Made by a program: the position numbers and the translations under genes. From Candidatus Babeliales bacterium (lineage in GTDB: Bacteria; Babelota; Babeliae; Babelales; RVW-14), in contig JAIERW010000022.1 of assembly GCA_019746485.1 (NCBI GenBank), forward strand, positions 3,280 through 67,279: DNA of 64,000 nucleotides, written 5' to 3'. The notes under the pieces were generated by a model that saw nothing but the letters and a program-made list of their open reading frames with translations, searched no databases and was not told the DNA's origin. Of this stretch, positions 9,153 through 18,299 are shown piece by piece. The first letter of the stretch is position 1, and each line of letters opens with the position of its first letter.

Positions 9153-10490
9153 TTATTTTGTTGCCAGCGTGGCAAGTTCTTGAGCCAGTGTGACCAGTTT
9201 TGCTTTGAGGGCTTCGAGGGTTTGTTGGAGATTCTTTAATGGTTTTTCTTTGACTTCTTTTATGGCTGTTTCCAGATCATTACCCAAAGGCCCTGCAAAG
9301 TGATTGGTCTTCAATCGAGTAACTTCAGCTTCTAGGCCTGCTGGATTAATTTTTAAGAGGTGTTCAATCATGATGTTGGCAACTAGGGGTGAGTATGTTA
9401 GTGCATTTATTAATGGACTTCGAGGAAGTGTCATATCATTATTTTGAATGAGAGGGTCGGCGCCTTTTTCTAAAAGTTCTTTGAAAAAACTAAGATCGGC
9501 GTCTGGGTTGTGGTGTAAAAAACCTACGTATAAGGTTATAAATTCGTGCAGAGCAGTATTCCCATCATCATTTTGAGCATTCAAGTCTAATGCCGTGAGT
9601 TGAGCTTGCGCATGATTCCAAAGTTTTTCAAAGTATTGTTTTACTATCTCTGGAGAAGTAGAGCCGGCAGTGCTTCTTGCCAGCGTTATCAATGGCGTTT
9701 GGTTGTCTGTAGTTGGCTTGTTAACATCTGGATTTTTGGTAAGAACAGCATCGATAATGGGAAGAACTTCAGTGGTTGGGTTGTTGAGAAGCATATGTAA
9801 AAGAGTTTTGCCTTGCTTGTCCTCAATGTTTGGGTCAGCGCCTTGTTCGAGCAGATAATTGACAATATCGAGTTTTTTGTTTGATGCAGCAATGTGTAGT
9901 GCCGTTCTGCCGCCATCATTTTGTCTGTTGATTTCAAATTTTCTTGATGAAACGAGATCAGTTCCCGATGGTTTACTAATTGTTCTATAATTTTCGTCAA
10001 ACTGTTCAACAATTTTTTTTACCAGCTCAAGTTTATCTTTTGTTGTTGCAATAGTTAAAACGGTTTCAGCTCCAAACTTTCCTCTGAGATCTACGCCGGC
10101 ATTAATTAAGGCACTTGTAGCTGCTTTAATTTTTTTCTCTTGATTAGCCCATGGCTCATTATATTTAAATTTCATAATGGTATTGATAAATGGGACAACA
10201 AGAAATTGCTTTGCAGCAATCTCATCGGCAATTGCGGCATTGATTGCATCGTAGAGTTCTAGCGAGGTGGTTTTGGTGATATTGTCTCCTGTTATAAAAT
10301 TATTAATAATGTTAATGAGATCAACTTTTTTGGCTTGAACGTCTGCTTTCTGAGTTGCAAGCATAGCATTAAATCTTTCACGAGCTGTTTGGGGTATTGC
10401 AGCATTCAGTTCTACCGTTGCCGCTCCCCACACCTGCCCATCAGAACCAACCAGCGCCAATAAAAAACAAAAAATAATCTGTTTGGACAT
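9153..10490 (-). CDS. Secreted ankyrin-repeat protein with a C-terminal coiled-coil
   Basis: Start moved to the internal ATG (MSKQIIFCFLLALVGSDGQVWGAAT), which is preceded by AAAGGAG. Ankyrin motifs include GGRTALHIAASNKKLDIVNYLLEQGADPNIEDKQGKTLLH and DGNTALHEF. Confidence 0.85.
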   Translation of the reverse strand: MSKQIIFCFLLALVGSDGQVWGAATVELNAAIPQTARERFNAMLATQKADVQAKKVDLINIINNFITGDNITKTTSLELYDAINAAIADEIAAKQFLVVPFINTIMKFKYNEPWANQEKKIKAATSALINAGVDLRGKFGAETVLTIATTKDKLELVKKIVEQFDENYRTISKPSGTDLVSSRKFEINRQNDGGRTALHIAASNKKLDIVNYLLEQGADPNIEDKQGKTLLHMLLNNPTTEVLPIIDAVLTKNPDVNKPTTDNQTPLITLARSTAGSTSPEIVKQYFEKLWNHAQAQLTALDLNAQNDDGNTALHEFITLYVGFLHHNPDADLSFFKELLEKGADPLIQNNDMTLPRSPLINALTYSPLVANIMIEHLLKINPAGLEAEVTRLKTNHFAGPLGNDLETAIKEVKEKPLKNLQQTLEALKAKLVTLAQELATLATK

Positions 10491-10592
10491 ACGTACTCCT
10501 TTTTTTATTTGTTTCAAACAAATAAAAAAGGGGCCAGCTGGCCCCTTGGTGGTACTGTATGAAATTGCAATGTTGAATCGCAATAAAAAAAA

Positions 10593-11426
10593 TTATTTTT
10601 GAGTAATCTGTGCTTGATCAGCTACTTTGAGCTGAAAGGTAATGACCGCTTTTTCTTGGTCGATGGTGCTGTTGAAATTTTTGGCATCAACATTGTCTGG
10701 AAGATCAACCGTTACTTGGAGCTTGCCGTCTTTGTACTCAATCTTTTTGGTCCGGTTGTTAACCGTTTGCGAAGAAAAATAGCTTTCTGATTGATAGCGC
10801 CAACCGCCGTTTGCTTGCACGGTGCTGCTGTCGTCTTTTTCTGCGGTTACCACAACGCGGTGGTTATCGTCTTGCACCGCAAGCTTAATATCGTCCCGCC
10901 CAAAGCTAGGCAGGCTGATTTCAAGCTTGTAAGCTCCAGCTTCTTCTTTTTCTGTTGCGCTAAACTTGCCTGGCAAATCAAACATGTGGCGCGTCTTTTC
11001 GGTTTTAGTCAGGCGACCAATCATGCGGTCCAGCCAGCTGCCACTTTTTTTTAATGCTGCAAACACGGCGTTTGCTTCGTTGTGTAAGTGACGCACGTGG
11101 TGCTCGCTGCGCGTGCTGGCGTCTTTAAGTTTGGTTAAAAGTTCAGCACTTTGTTTTTTTAGTTTGTCAGACTGTTCTTCTATTTTTTTTGCTAAATCGT
11201 CCAAATTTGTGTCGATTTTTTTTGTTAGCTCGCCCACGTTGCTTTTAACGCTTTCTTGTACTTTTTTGCGATAACGTGGGAAGTCATTGGCAAACCACGA
11301 GCTCATGTCGTTTTCAAGTTGGCTAAATGACTCATCAAGGTATCTGAAAACGTCGTAGTGGTAGCCATGCGCAGAACCACTCAGTGCAAAAGTGGCAACA
11401 AAAAGAAAACCGTAACGTTTGTTCAT
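10593..11426 (-). CDS. Secreted protein with an N-terminal coiled-coil and a C-terminal Hsp20/alpha-crystallin-like domain
   Basis: Start at MNKRYGFLFVATFALSGSAHG, preceded by the RBS AAGAGGAGG. The C-terminus AYKLEISLPSFGRDDIKLAVQDDNHRVVVTAEK...LQVTVDLPDNVDAKNFNSTIDQEKAVITFQL matches the alpha-crystallin-domain pattern (xLPGxxxxDIxVxxxxxxLxIxAE...LPxxVDxxxIxAxxxxGVLxI). Confidence 0.6.
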   Translation of the reverse strand: MNKRYGFLFVATFALSGSAHGYHYDVFRYLDESFSQLENDMSSWFANDFPRYRKKVQESVKSNVGELTKKIDTNLDDLAKKIEEQSDKLKKQSAELLTKLKDASTRSEHHVRHLHNEANAVFAALKKSGSWLDRMIGRLTKTEKTRHMFDLPGKFSATEKEEAGAYKLEISLPSFGRDDIKLAVQDDNHRVVVTAEKDDSSTVQANGGWRYQSESYFSSQTVNNRTKKIEYKDGKLQVTVDLPDNVDAKNFNSTIDQEKAVITFQLKVADQAQITQK

Positions 11427-11511
11427 AAGAGCCTCCTCTTTTTGGTTAAATAATATTTTTGTTATGTACAAGTTATTGTACCAAAAAGATGCAAATTTGT
11501 GAATAGTTTTT

Positions 11512-12468
11512 TTAATTTTTCAGTCCAAGAGGTGGGGTTATGGTTCTGGTGCCTAGTGGACTTGGTGGTGGTGTGACTTCGCTCCCTCTGCTCGGGCTTG
11601 CAAGTCTTTCCAAAAATTCTCTTTTTGGGCTTGCAGCAAGCACAGAAAAATAATGTAAATCTTGAGTTGCTCCGTTTAATGAGCAGAGCCTTGAAAAGAG
11701 CAGCGCCTCAGTGACTCTTTGTTTATAGCCATCGGCAACTTCATGAGGAAGGCGTTGTCGGCGATCTTCTTCGAGTGGGCTATAGCCAAGTTCTAAGAGG
11801 AATTCGACCAGTTCTACATCACCCAAACTTGCTGCTGAGTGCAGAAAAGGTATGTTGTGTTTGCTGGTGCTTCTTTCAATCAAGCGTGCTATTTTTTCGA
11901 TGAAACGTTCATCGGTTCTAAAGACTACTTCTGGGTAAAACAGCTGAGCGATTGCAAGAGCTTTTTCTGGGCTTTTATTGTTAAAGCCGTAAATGAGAGC
12001 AAGTTCAAAAGCATTATAGCCGCTTGAAGTTTTTGTTTCTTTGTCGGCATTTTTTTGTAATAAATAACGAACCAACAGGTCATAGCCGCGCATGCAGGCA
12101 ATGTGCAAGGGCGTAAGGTTTTTGTGCGCGCGGGCATTAAGATTAAGCTTGCATTCTGCAACAAAGGTAGTGATCCACCTAAATTCGCCTTCCCAGCAGG
12201 CGTAGTGCAATGGTGTCCAAAGATGGTTTGGATCTTCTTGATGAATTAAATCGGGAAATAGGTTTAGAATTGCTTTGGTTTTTGCAATATCTCCACGCGC
12301 TGCTGCTTGGCACAGCTTGCCATAAATTCCCATGGGGTTAATTTTTTCCCAGCAGACTGGTATATTTTTTGGACAACTGTTTTCTTGGTTGCTTGATGAT
12401 GAAGCGCCGTGAATGTGGCTAGCAAAAAGAAGCACCGCTAATGCTACTTTTATTGAATGGTTAAACAT
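11512..12468 (-). CDS. Secreted ankyrin-repeat protein with a Pro-rich C-terminus
   Basis: The signal peptide MFNHSIKVALAVLLFASHIHGA is followed by SSSS. Ankyrin motifs are WTPLHYACWEGEF and LTPLHIACMRGYDLLVRYLLQKNADKE. Confidence 0.85.
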   Translation of the reverse strand: MFNHSIKVALAVLLFASHIHGASSSSNQENSCPKNIPVCWEKINPMGIYGKLCQAAARGDIAKTKAILNLFPDLIHQEDPNHLWTPLHYACWEGEFRWITTFVAECKLNLNARAHKNLTPLHIACMRGYDLLVRYLLQKNADKETKTSSGYNAFELALIYGFNNKSPEKALAIAQLFYPEVVFRTDERFIEKIARLIERSTSKHNIPFLHSAASLGDVELVEFLLELGYSPLEEDRRQRLPHEVADGYKQRVTEALLFSRLCSLNGATQDLHYFSVLAASPKREFLERLASPSRGSEVTPPPSPLGTRTITPPLGLKN

Positions 12469-12599
12469 GAGTATCCCTTTATTTTTTAATAAAAAATTTT
12501 ACAAAATTTAGATACCAAAATAATGTTTATTGAGATTATCTTGGGGCACTAAGAATGCAAAAAGCTTTTATATTTGTAAAGTTAAAAACAACAAAAAGT

Positions 12600-13106
12600 T
12601 TAACTCTTGTCAAAAATATCTTTAAAATTTTTATACAATTCATGAAATGGCGAGCAGATTAATGTTGTTTCGGCAACCGTTGCCATAAAGTTGGTATCAC
12701 CTTTCCAGCGTGGCACAATATGCATGTGCAAATGGCTGGGTATGCCGCCGCCGCCTGTTTCGCCAACATTAATACCAACATTAAAGCCGGCACATTTCAG
12801 TGCTTCTTGCACAACGTTGAGTGAGAGATTGACCAGCTCCATCAACTCTGCGCGAACTTCTGGTGTGAGGTCGTTCAAATTTGCCTTGTGTTCAAGCGGC
12901 AGCACCATGAGGTGGCCGGCGTTGTAGGGATAGTAATTCATAACAACCGCCGTGTGCTGGCCGCGTTTTAAAATTAAATATTTCTCGTCGTTGTTTTGTG
13001 CAAACTGGTCGCAAAAAACGCAATTATTTTTAAGTGGTCCTGTGGGCATGTTGGGATCGGTTTTGGTAACATAGCCGTGCCGCCACGGTGCATATAATTT
13101 TTCCAT
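12600..13106 (-). CDS. HIT-family nucleotide hydrolase/transferase (Ap4A phosphorylase-like branch)
   Basis: Histidine triad HLHMHIVPRW. N-terminal LYAPWRHGYV plus CVFC. I prefer the start at MEKLYAPWR because GGAGA lies 10 nt upstream. Confidence 0.85.
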   Translation of the reverse strand: MEKLYAPWRHGYVTKTDPNMPTGPLKNNCVFCDQFAQNNDEKYLILKRGQHTAVVMNYYPYNAGHLMVLPLEHKANLNDLTPEVRAELMELVNLSLNVVQEALKCAGFNVGINVGETGGGGIPSHLHMHIVPRWKGDTNFMATVAETTLICSPFHELYKNFKDIFDKS

Positions 13107-13174
13107 ATAAAAATTCTCCAAGTGTTGGTGGTACAAAATTTCTTATCAAAGTACCGTAACAAAGTTTATGGTGA

Positions 13175-15334
13175 TCATTCAAGATTGAGTAAAATTTGGA
13201 AAATAGCTCCCGTTTTTGTTGCTAGCAGTTGGATATTGCCGCCCAACTGCGTAACAATGTCGTGCACAATTGCCAAGCCAAGCCCCATATTTTTTTTGCT
13301 GCTCGAAACATAAGGCAAGAAAAGTTTATCGCGCATTCCCGGTTCAATGCCCGGGCCATTGTCGGCAATAATGAGTTCCAGTTTGTTTGTTTGTGGCAAA
13401 ATTTTTGTTTCAATTTTAATCGATTTACTGCCTTCGTTTTTTTCTAGCAGAGCGCGTACGCTGTTGTCGAGCAAGTTAATGAGTACGCGTTTAATTTTTT
13501 TGATATCAGTTTTTATGACTGGTGGGCTTTTGAGCAGGCAGGTAAAATGAATGCTGGGGTAGCTGACGCGGTAAAACCGTAAAATTTCAGTAATAATATC
13601 GTTCAAGTCTGCCGTTTCAATGTGCGGGGCAGGCATTGAGGCAAACTCAGAAAAGTGTGCTGCCAAATCTTTAATAATGTTAACTTGATGCAAAATGGTT
13701 GAGGTGCAGTCCATAAAAATTGGTTCATGCTCAAGCACCGGTTTGTATTTGCGCTGCAGCCGCTGGGTAGCCAGCTGGATTGGCGTGAGCGGGTTTTTAA
13801 TTTCGTGTGCAACTTGTTTGGCTGCCTCTTGCCACGTTTTGATTTTGCTGGCTTTTACAATATCAGTTAAATCTTCAATGACAATCAATAAACCCTTTTC
13901 AACGTTGTTGGGGCCGTTGCTGGTGCTAATGGCCGAAAGATGAATCATTAAAATTCTGTTTTCGCCTTTCACATTAAAGCTGATTTCTTCTGAAAGAAAT
14001 GAGCTTTCAGTCTTTGCCAGCTTGCGGGTGAGTTCAATAAATTTTGCTTTAACTTCGTGGCCAAAAAAGTTGACCCGTCTATTTTTAAAGCGATTAAGAT
14101 TTAAATATTTGGCCACCAGCTCTTTGGCTGCGCGGTTGTTCATGGTGATGCGGGCAAATTTGTTAACAAAAAATACCGAAGCTTTCATATTTTCAAGAAT
14201 TGCTAACATCTCGGTATTTTTACTTTCAAGCTCGGTGTGTGCGCGGTTAACGGCACTAATCATTTCGTTAAAGCCGTGGGCTAGTGTGTGTAAATCGCTC
14301 GATTCATCGCAATTAACATGCACATCCCAATGCCCGCTTTTTATGCGTTCGGTTGCTTCTAAAAGTTCTTGGATTGGTGTGCTAATACCGCGTGCCAAGT
14401 AAAAGGCGCACCAAATTGATAAAAACAAAATGAGCAGTGTGACCAAAATAAACGTAAACAGATAAATATAATAAATGGGGTTGCGCATAGATTGCAGCTG
14501 ATAGTAATCATCGAGCGAATTTTGCATATCAATTAAATGAACGCGCGTGATGGCAGGGTAGCGGTAGGCAACGCACAAGTAATTTTCACCAACTTTTTGG
14601 ATTGAATAAAGCGAGCCAAAGAAATCAAACACGCTATCGCTGCGTGCTTGGTATTTGTGCAGGCGTGCTAAAAAAGCATCGCGCAAATGTTTTACGCTGC
14701 GGTCGTTAAATGTGCGGTACAAGCGCCAGCGTTCAATTTCTTGGTTTAGGCTGGTTACTAAATGTAACGGCTCTTGTGGCCAACAATACACCGAGCACTG
14801 CGCAAGAATGGGGCATTGTTCGTGCAAATCTTGTATCGTTTGCTCAAGTTCTTGTTGTGTTGTTGGGTTGTTTGTTGCTACCAACGCACTGGCCGTTGCC
14901 AACTCTTGGCGCAAATCGAGCGTCTGTGCTTTGTGCAGCTTCATACCGCTTGCAAGGCCGGTGCTAATGCGCGCGTGGAACCAATGGTCAATGCTGGTGG
15001 TAATAATTTTGCCGGCGGTAAAAAATACAAAAAATGAAGGGATTACGGAAAAGAACGTAAACGCAAAGAGTAGATTGCGTTTAAATGCTGAGCCGGGCAG
15101 GCCCTTGTGCCGCTCAATAAAAAGCTTAATGCTTTGCCGAATAATCAGGTACAGCAGTGCTACAATCACAATAACATGAACGTTAATCAATAAAAAAAAG
15201 AATGAGCGGTTAATGCCGGCGCCAATCAAATTGTGCTTGCGCTGCAAAAAAAGCTCGAGCCAGCTGGTGACAAAAAGAGCACCAATGCTGAGCACGATAA
15301 TGAGAAGGCGGCGTTTGTGTAATGGTTCATTCAT
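13175..15334 (-). CDS. Membrane sensor histidine kinase, NtrY-like (TM segments, HAMP, PAS-like region, HisKA, HATPase)
   Basis: H-box QVAHEIKNPLTPIQLATQRL. N/G boxes LINLLDNSVRA, DNGPGI and GLGLAIVHDIV. Several N-terminal TM helices. No response regulator gene is adjacent. Confidence 0.9.
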   Translation of the reverse strand: MNEPLHKRRLLIIVLSIGALFVTSWLELFLQRKHNLIGAGINRSFFFLLINVHVIVIVALLYLIIRQSIKLFIERHKGLPGSAFKRNLLFAFTFFSVIPSFFVFFTAGKIITTSIDHWFHARISTGLASGMKLHKAQTLDLRQELATASALVATNNPTTQQELEQTIQDLHEQCPILAQCSVYCWPQEPLHLVTSLNQEIERWRLYRTFNDRSVKHLRDAFLARLHKYQARSDSVFDFFGSLYSIQKVGENYLCVAYRYPAITRVHLIDMQNSLDDYYQLQSMRNPIYYIYLFTFILVTLLILFLSIWCAFYLARGISTPIQELLEATERIKSGHWDVHVNCDESSDLHTLAHGFNEMISAVNRAHTELESKNTEMLAILENMKASVFFVNKFARITMNNRAAKELVAKYLNLNRFKNRRVNFFGHEVKAKFIELTRKLAKTESSFLSEEISFNVKGENRILMIHLSAISTSNGPNNVEKGLLIVIEDLTDIVKASKIKTWQEAAKQVAHEIKNPLTPIQLATQRLQRKYKPVLEHEPIFMDCTSTILHQVNIIKDLAAHFSEFASMPAPHIETADLNDIITEILRFYRVSYPSIHFTCLLKSPPVIKTDIKKIKRVLINLLDNSVRALLEKNEGSKSIKIETKILPQTNKLELIIADNGPGIEPGMRDKLFLPYVSSSKKNMGLGLAIVHDIVTQLGGNIQLLATKTGAIFQILLNLE

Positions 15335-15370
15335 AAAATTTAGTGGCCGGTGTAAAAAGTGTTGGATGCC

Positions 15371-15500
15371 GCTCGTCCTGACTCTTCGGCAAGTTTACGC
15401 CTACGCCCAGGTGGCTATGGCGCACAGGCAGAGCTAAAGGCTCTTTCCGCCTGCCCTGAGGAAGAACTCTCAGAGTTCTGTCTCGAAGGGTCGAAGGATT
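15371..15500 (+). repeat. Copy of the modular MITE-like repeat (P module and S module)
   Basis: CCTACGCCCAGGTGGCTATGGCGCACAGGCA and CGCCTGCCCTGAGGAA...GTCTCGAAGGGTCGAAGG match the reverse complement of 53045-53162 and the plus strand of 55387-55450. There is an internal perfect hairpin AGAACTC-TCA-GAGTTCT. Confidence 0.7.
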
Positions 15501-15564
15501 TGGGCGGCGCTTTCGTAACCACTAAATTTTACTGGAAAACGTGGGATTGGCTATGTTTTTAATA

Positions 15565-15604
15565 AAAAGAGAGGCTACGCTTTTAAACGTAGCCTCTCTT
15601 TTAG
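15565..15604 (-). terminator. Intrinsic terminator downstream of the ankyrin-RING gene
   Basis: Perfect 12-bp stem AGAGAGGCTACG / CGTAGCCTCTCT with an 8-nt loop, flanked by A and T runs on either side. Confidence 0.75.
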
Positions 15605-15623
15605 TTATTTCTTGAGAAGAAGA

Positions 15624-18299
15624 TTAATCGAGTTCGTCAGCATTAATGTGAATTTCTCCATCAATGAAGTGTGCGCCATGTTGCCCGTAGTATTCCTGCA
15701 TGCTTGTACTTGGAATTTGATATACGCTGGAGGTAGGGATCGATTGCAGTTCGGCCATTTCAGCCAATATTTCCTGATTTACGCGAGGGCGTTTTGCGCT
15801 TCTGCTTGTGGTGTTGTCATCAACCAATGAACGTGAAGTTGCAGGGCTTGATGAGCTTGAACTCGATGAGCTTGATGAACTTGAGCTTGAAGTTGCTGAG
15901 CCTGGAAAAGATGGGCTTGCCCCTCGATATTCTTCGCTACTCGGGATGAGCGTAAAGTTTGGATCGAATGGATTTATAAATTCGTCTTCAGGGGTATTGC
16001 TACCAACGCCTGAGCATCCTCGTTTGGCTGGTTGAGGCCTGCAAACGGTTCGCACAACTTTTAGTTCTCTATTTTCTTGAGTAAATTCAGTTTCTGCGCG
16101 ACATAAAGGGCACGTAGATGGCAGGTCGGCGTTGAGTTGTGTATTTGCTGCTTGAGTTAGGCACGTTGGGCAGAAATCGTGACTGCAGCCAAGACTTGCG
16201 CAATCTGAGCCTTCGTCAAAAGGTTCATAACAAATTGCGCAGTAATCTTCATCGGTTTTTTCAATAGTTGTTGCAGCTTGTGGGCCATGTTCTTGTACCT
16301 CGTTTAAAAGGCGCGCAAGAGCTTGGTGGCCGCGTCTGGTTGCTGTTGCTGCTGGCGTTTCGCCAGGAAAATGGCTGCCTGTGGTTGTTGCAGTAACGTT
16401 TGCACCAGCGGTAACAAGTTCTTGTACGCATGCAACATGGCCACTGTAAGCAGCGTCATGAAGTGGAGTGATGCGATCGTTGTCTGTCGCATTAACCTTT
16501 GCACCAGCGGTAATAAGAGCTTGTACGCATGCAAGATGGCCTCTCAAAGCAGCGAGATGAAGTGGAGTGTTGCTATCGTTGTCTGTCGCATTAACGTTTG
16601 CACCAAGTGCAATGAGTGCTTGTACGCATGCAACATGGCCACTGCAAGAAGCGTCATGAAGTGGAGTGTTGCCATCGTTGTTTGCTGCATCAACGTTTGC
16701 ACCAAGTGCAATAAGATCTTGTAAGCGTGGCAGATTGCCATCTCGGGCAGCAGTAATAAGTTGGTTGGCAAGAAATTGTTGGGTTCTGGCGTCAATGATA
16801 GGGCTAGCTTGCCTGAGTGCCTGTACACATTCTGTGCGGCCATTTTCTGCTGCGACATAAAGTGGGGTAAAGCCATTGCAAGCAAGATTAACATTTGCGT
16901 TAAGTTCAATAAGTCTGTTTACGCATGCGATACGGCCATGTTCTGCTGCGACATAAAGTGCTGTCCAGCCATCGTTGTTTGCTGCATCAACGTTTGCGCC
17001 AAGTGCAATAAGTGCTTGCAAGCGTGGCAGATTGCCATCTCGGGCAGCAGTAATAAGTTGGTTGGTGAGCAATTGTTGGGTTCTGGCATCAATGATAGCG
17101 CCTGCTTGCCTGAGTACTTGGACACATTCTGTGTGGCCATGTTCTAGTGCAATATAAAGTGGGGTAAAGTAATTGCAAGCGCGATTAACATCAGCGTTAG
17201 CAGCGATGAGTGCTTGTAAGTTTTCAAGGCGTCCGTGTGCAGCTGCCATGTACAGTGGAGTAGAGCCGTTGTTTCCGATCATGTTAGGGTCTAAGCCCAT
17301 GTCCAGAAGCGCTTGCAGGTGAGCTACATCGTTATCGTTTTCGAAAGCTGTAGCGTAAAGGAGATTTTGTGTTCTTCTGTCAGCCGTAGCGCCGGCGGCG
17401 ATAAGTGTTCGTGCGGCATCAGTACTGCCGTTTGCGGCTGCGGTATACAGCAAAGTATCGCCGTAACGGCTGCTCATGTTGGGACTTAAGCCCATGGCAA
17501 TGAGTACTTGCAGGCCAGCTACATTGTTGTTGCGAGCTGCATCGAAAAAGTGGCCTACTGTTCTTTCATCAACCGTAGCGCCAGCCAGCATAAGTGTTCG
17601 TGCGGCAGCAACGTTGCCCAGCGAGGCTGCGGCATACAGAGCAGAAGATCCGAATGTTTCAATTTGGGTAAGGGGAGCGCCAAGGCTTATAAGTCTTTCA
17701 ATCTCTGCCGTGCTATTATTTCTTGCAGCTAAAATGAGTTGTCTGGAGAGATCTCTTCGTGTTCTATCACTAACTATTCCTCCAAAATAGACGAGTCTTT
17801 GAGCGCATGCTGTGTGGCCATTTTCACGCGCCAGAGAGAGGGGGGTTTTGCCGAGTTGATTTTCAGGATTGATGAGTACGCCCTGCCTTGAGCAGAGATA
17901 GTTTACGAGTACAAGGTTGCCGAGTTCTGCGGCTTTGTGGAGAGTTGTGCTTCCAATGCCCGATCGAGCATTTATGTCGGCGCCGTATTCCAAAAGGACT
18001 TCTGCACAGCCTATTGAAGCGTTGTAAGCAGTCCAAAAAAGTGCAGGTGCATATTCATAGGTATTGCTTCGTGCGGGGTTTGGAACGATGTTGTTAAGAG
18101 CGTCTTCAGGCTGCAAGCCGATAAGTTGTTTTGCTTTCCACAACGTTAGGTTTCCTAGCGCTTGTCTGAGTTGTGCAGGATTGTCTTGGTTAATAGCGTC
18201 TCTAACGGGATTTCCTGTTGGAAATACGGTGGCAGCGGGCAGTGCGTTGGCAGTTAATGCCAAGGCAACAAAAAGTGAATAAGCAAGTTTTTTAAACAT
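15624..18299 (-). CDS. Secreted ankyrin-repeat protein (roughly 20 repeats by eye) fused to a C-terminal C3HC4 RING finger, followed by a poly-Ser tract and a KRPR motif. Putative E3 ubiquitin-ligase mimic
   Basis: Signal peptide MFKKLAYSLFVALALTANALPA. Many TPLH/GANV repeats. The RING is CAICYEPFDEGSDCASLGCSHDFCPTCLTQAANTQLNADLPSTCPLCR (C-x2-C-x13-C-x-H-x2-C-x2-C-x17-C-x2-C), at about 16095-16245. Confidence 0.9.
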   Translation of the reverse strand: MFKKLAYSLFVALALTANALPAATVFPTGNPVRDAINQDNPAQLRQALGNLTLWKAKQLIGLQPEDALNNIVPNPARSNTYEYAPALFWTAYNASIGCAEVLLEYGADINARSGIGSTTLHKAAELGNLVLVNYLCSRQGVLINPENQLGKTPLSLARENGHTACAQRLVYFGGIVSDRTRRDLSRQLILAARNNSTAEIERLISLGAPLTQIETFGSSALYAAASLGNVAAARTLMLAGATVDERTVGHFFDAARNNNVAGLQVLIAMGLSPNMSSRYGDTLLYTAAANGSTDAARTLIAAGATADRRTQNLLYATAFENDNDVAHLQALLDMGLDPNMIGNNGSTPLYMAAAHGRLENLQALIAANADVNRACNYFTPLYIALEHGHTECVQVLRQAGAIIDARTQQLLTNQLITAARDGNLPRLQALIALGANVDAANNDGWTALYVAAEHGRIACVNRLIELNANVNLACNGFTPLYVAAENGRTECVQALRQASPIIDARTQQFLANQLITAARDGNLPRLQDLIALGANVDAANNDGNTPLHDASCSGHVACVQALIALGANVNATDNDSNTPLHLAALRGHLACVQALITAGAKVNATDNDRITPLHDAAYSGHVACVQELVTAGANVTATTTGSHFPGETPAATATRRGHQALARLLNEVQEHGPQAATTIEKTDEDYCAICYEPFDEGSDCASLGCSHDFCPTCLTQAANTQLNADLPSTCPLCRAETEFTQENRELKVVRTVCRPQPAKRGCSGVGSNTPEDEFINPFDPNFTLIPSSEEYRGASPSFPGSATSSSSSSSSSSSSSSSPATSRSLVDDNTTSRSAKRPRVNQEILAEMAELQSIPTSSVYQIPSTSMQEYYGQHGAHFIDGEIHINADELD

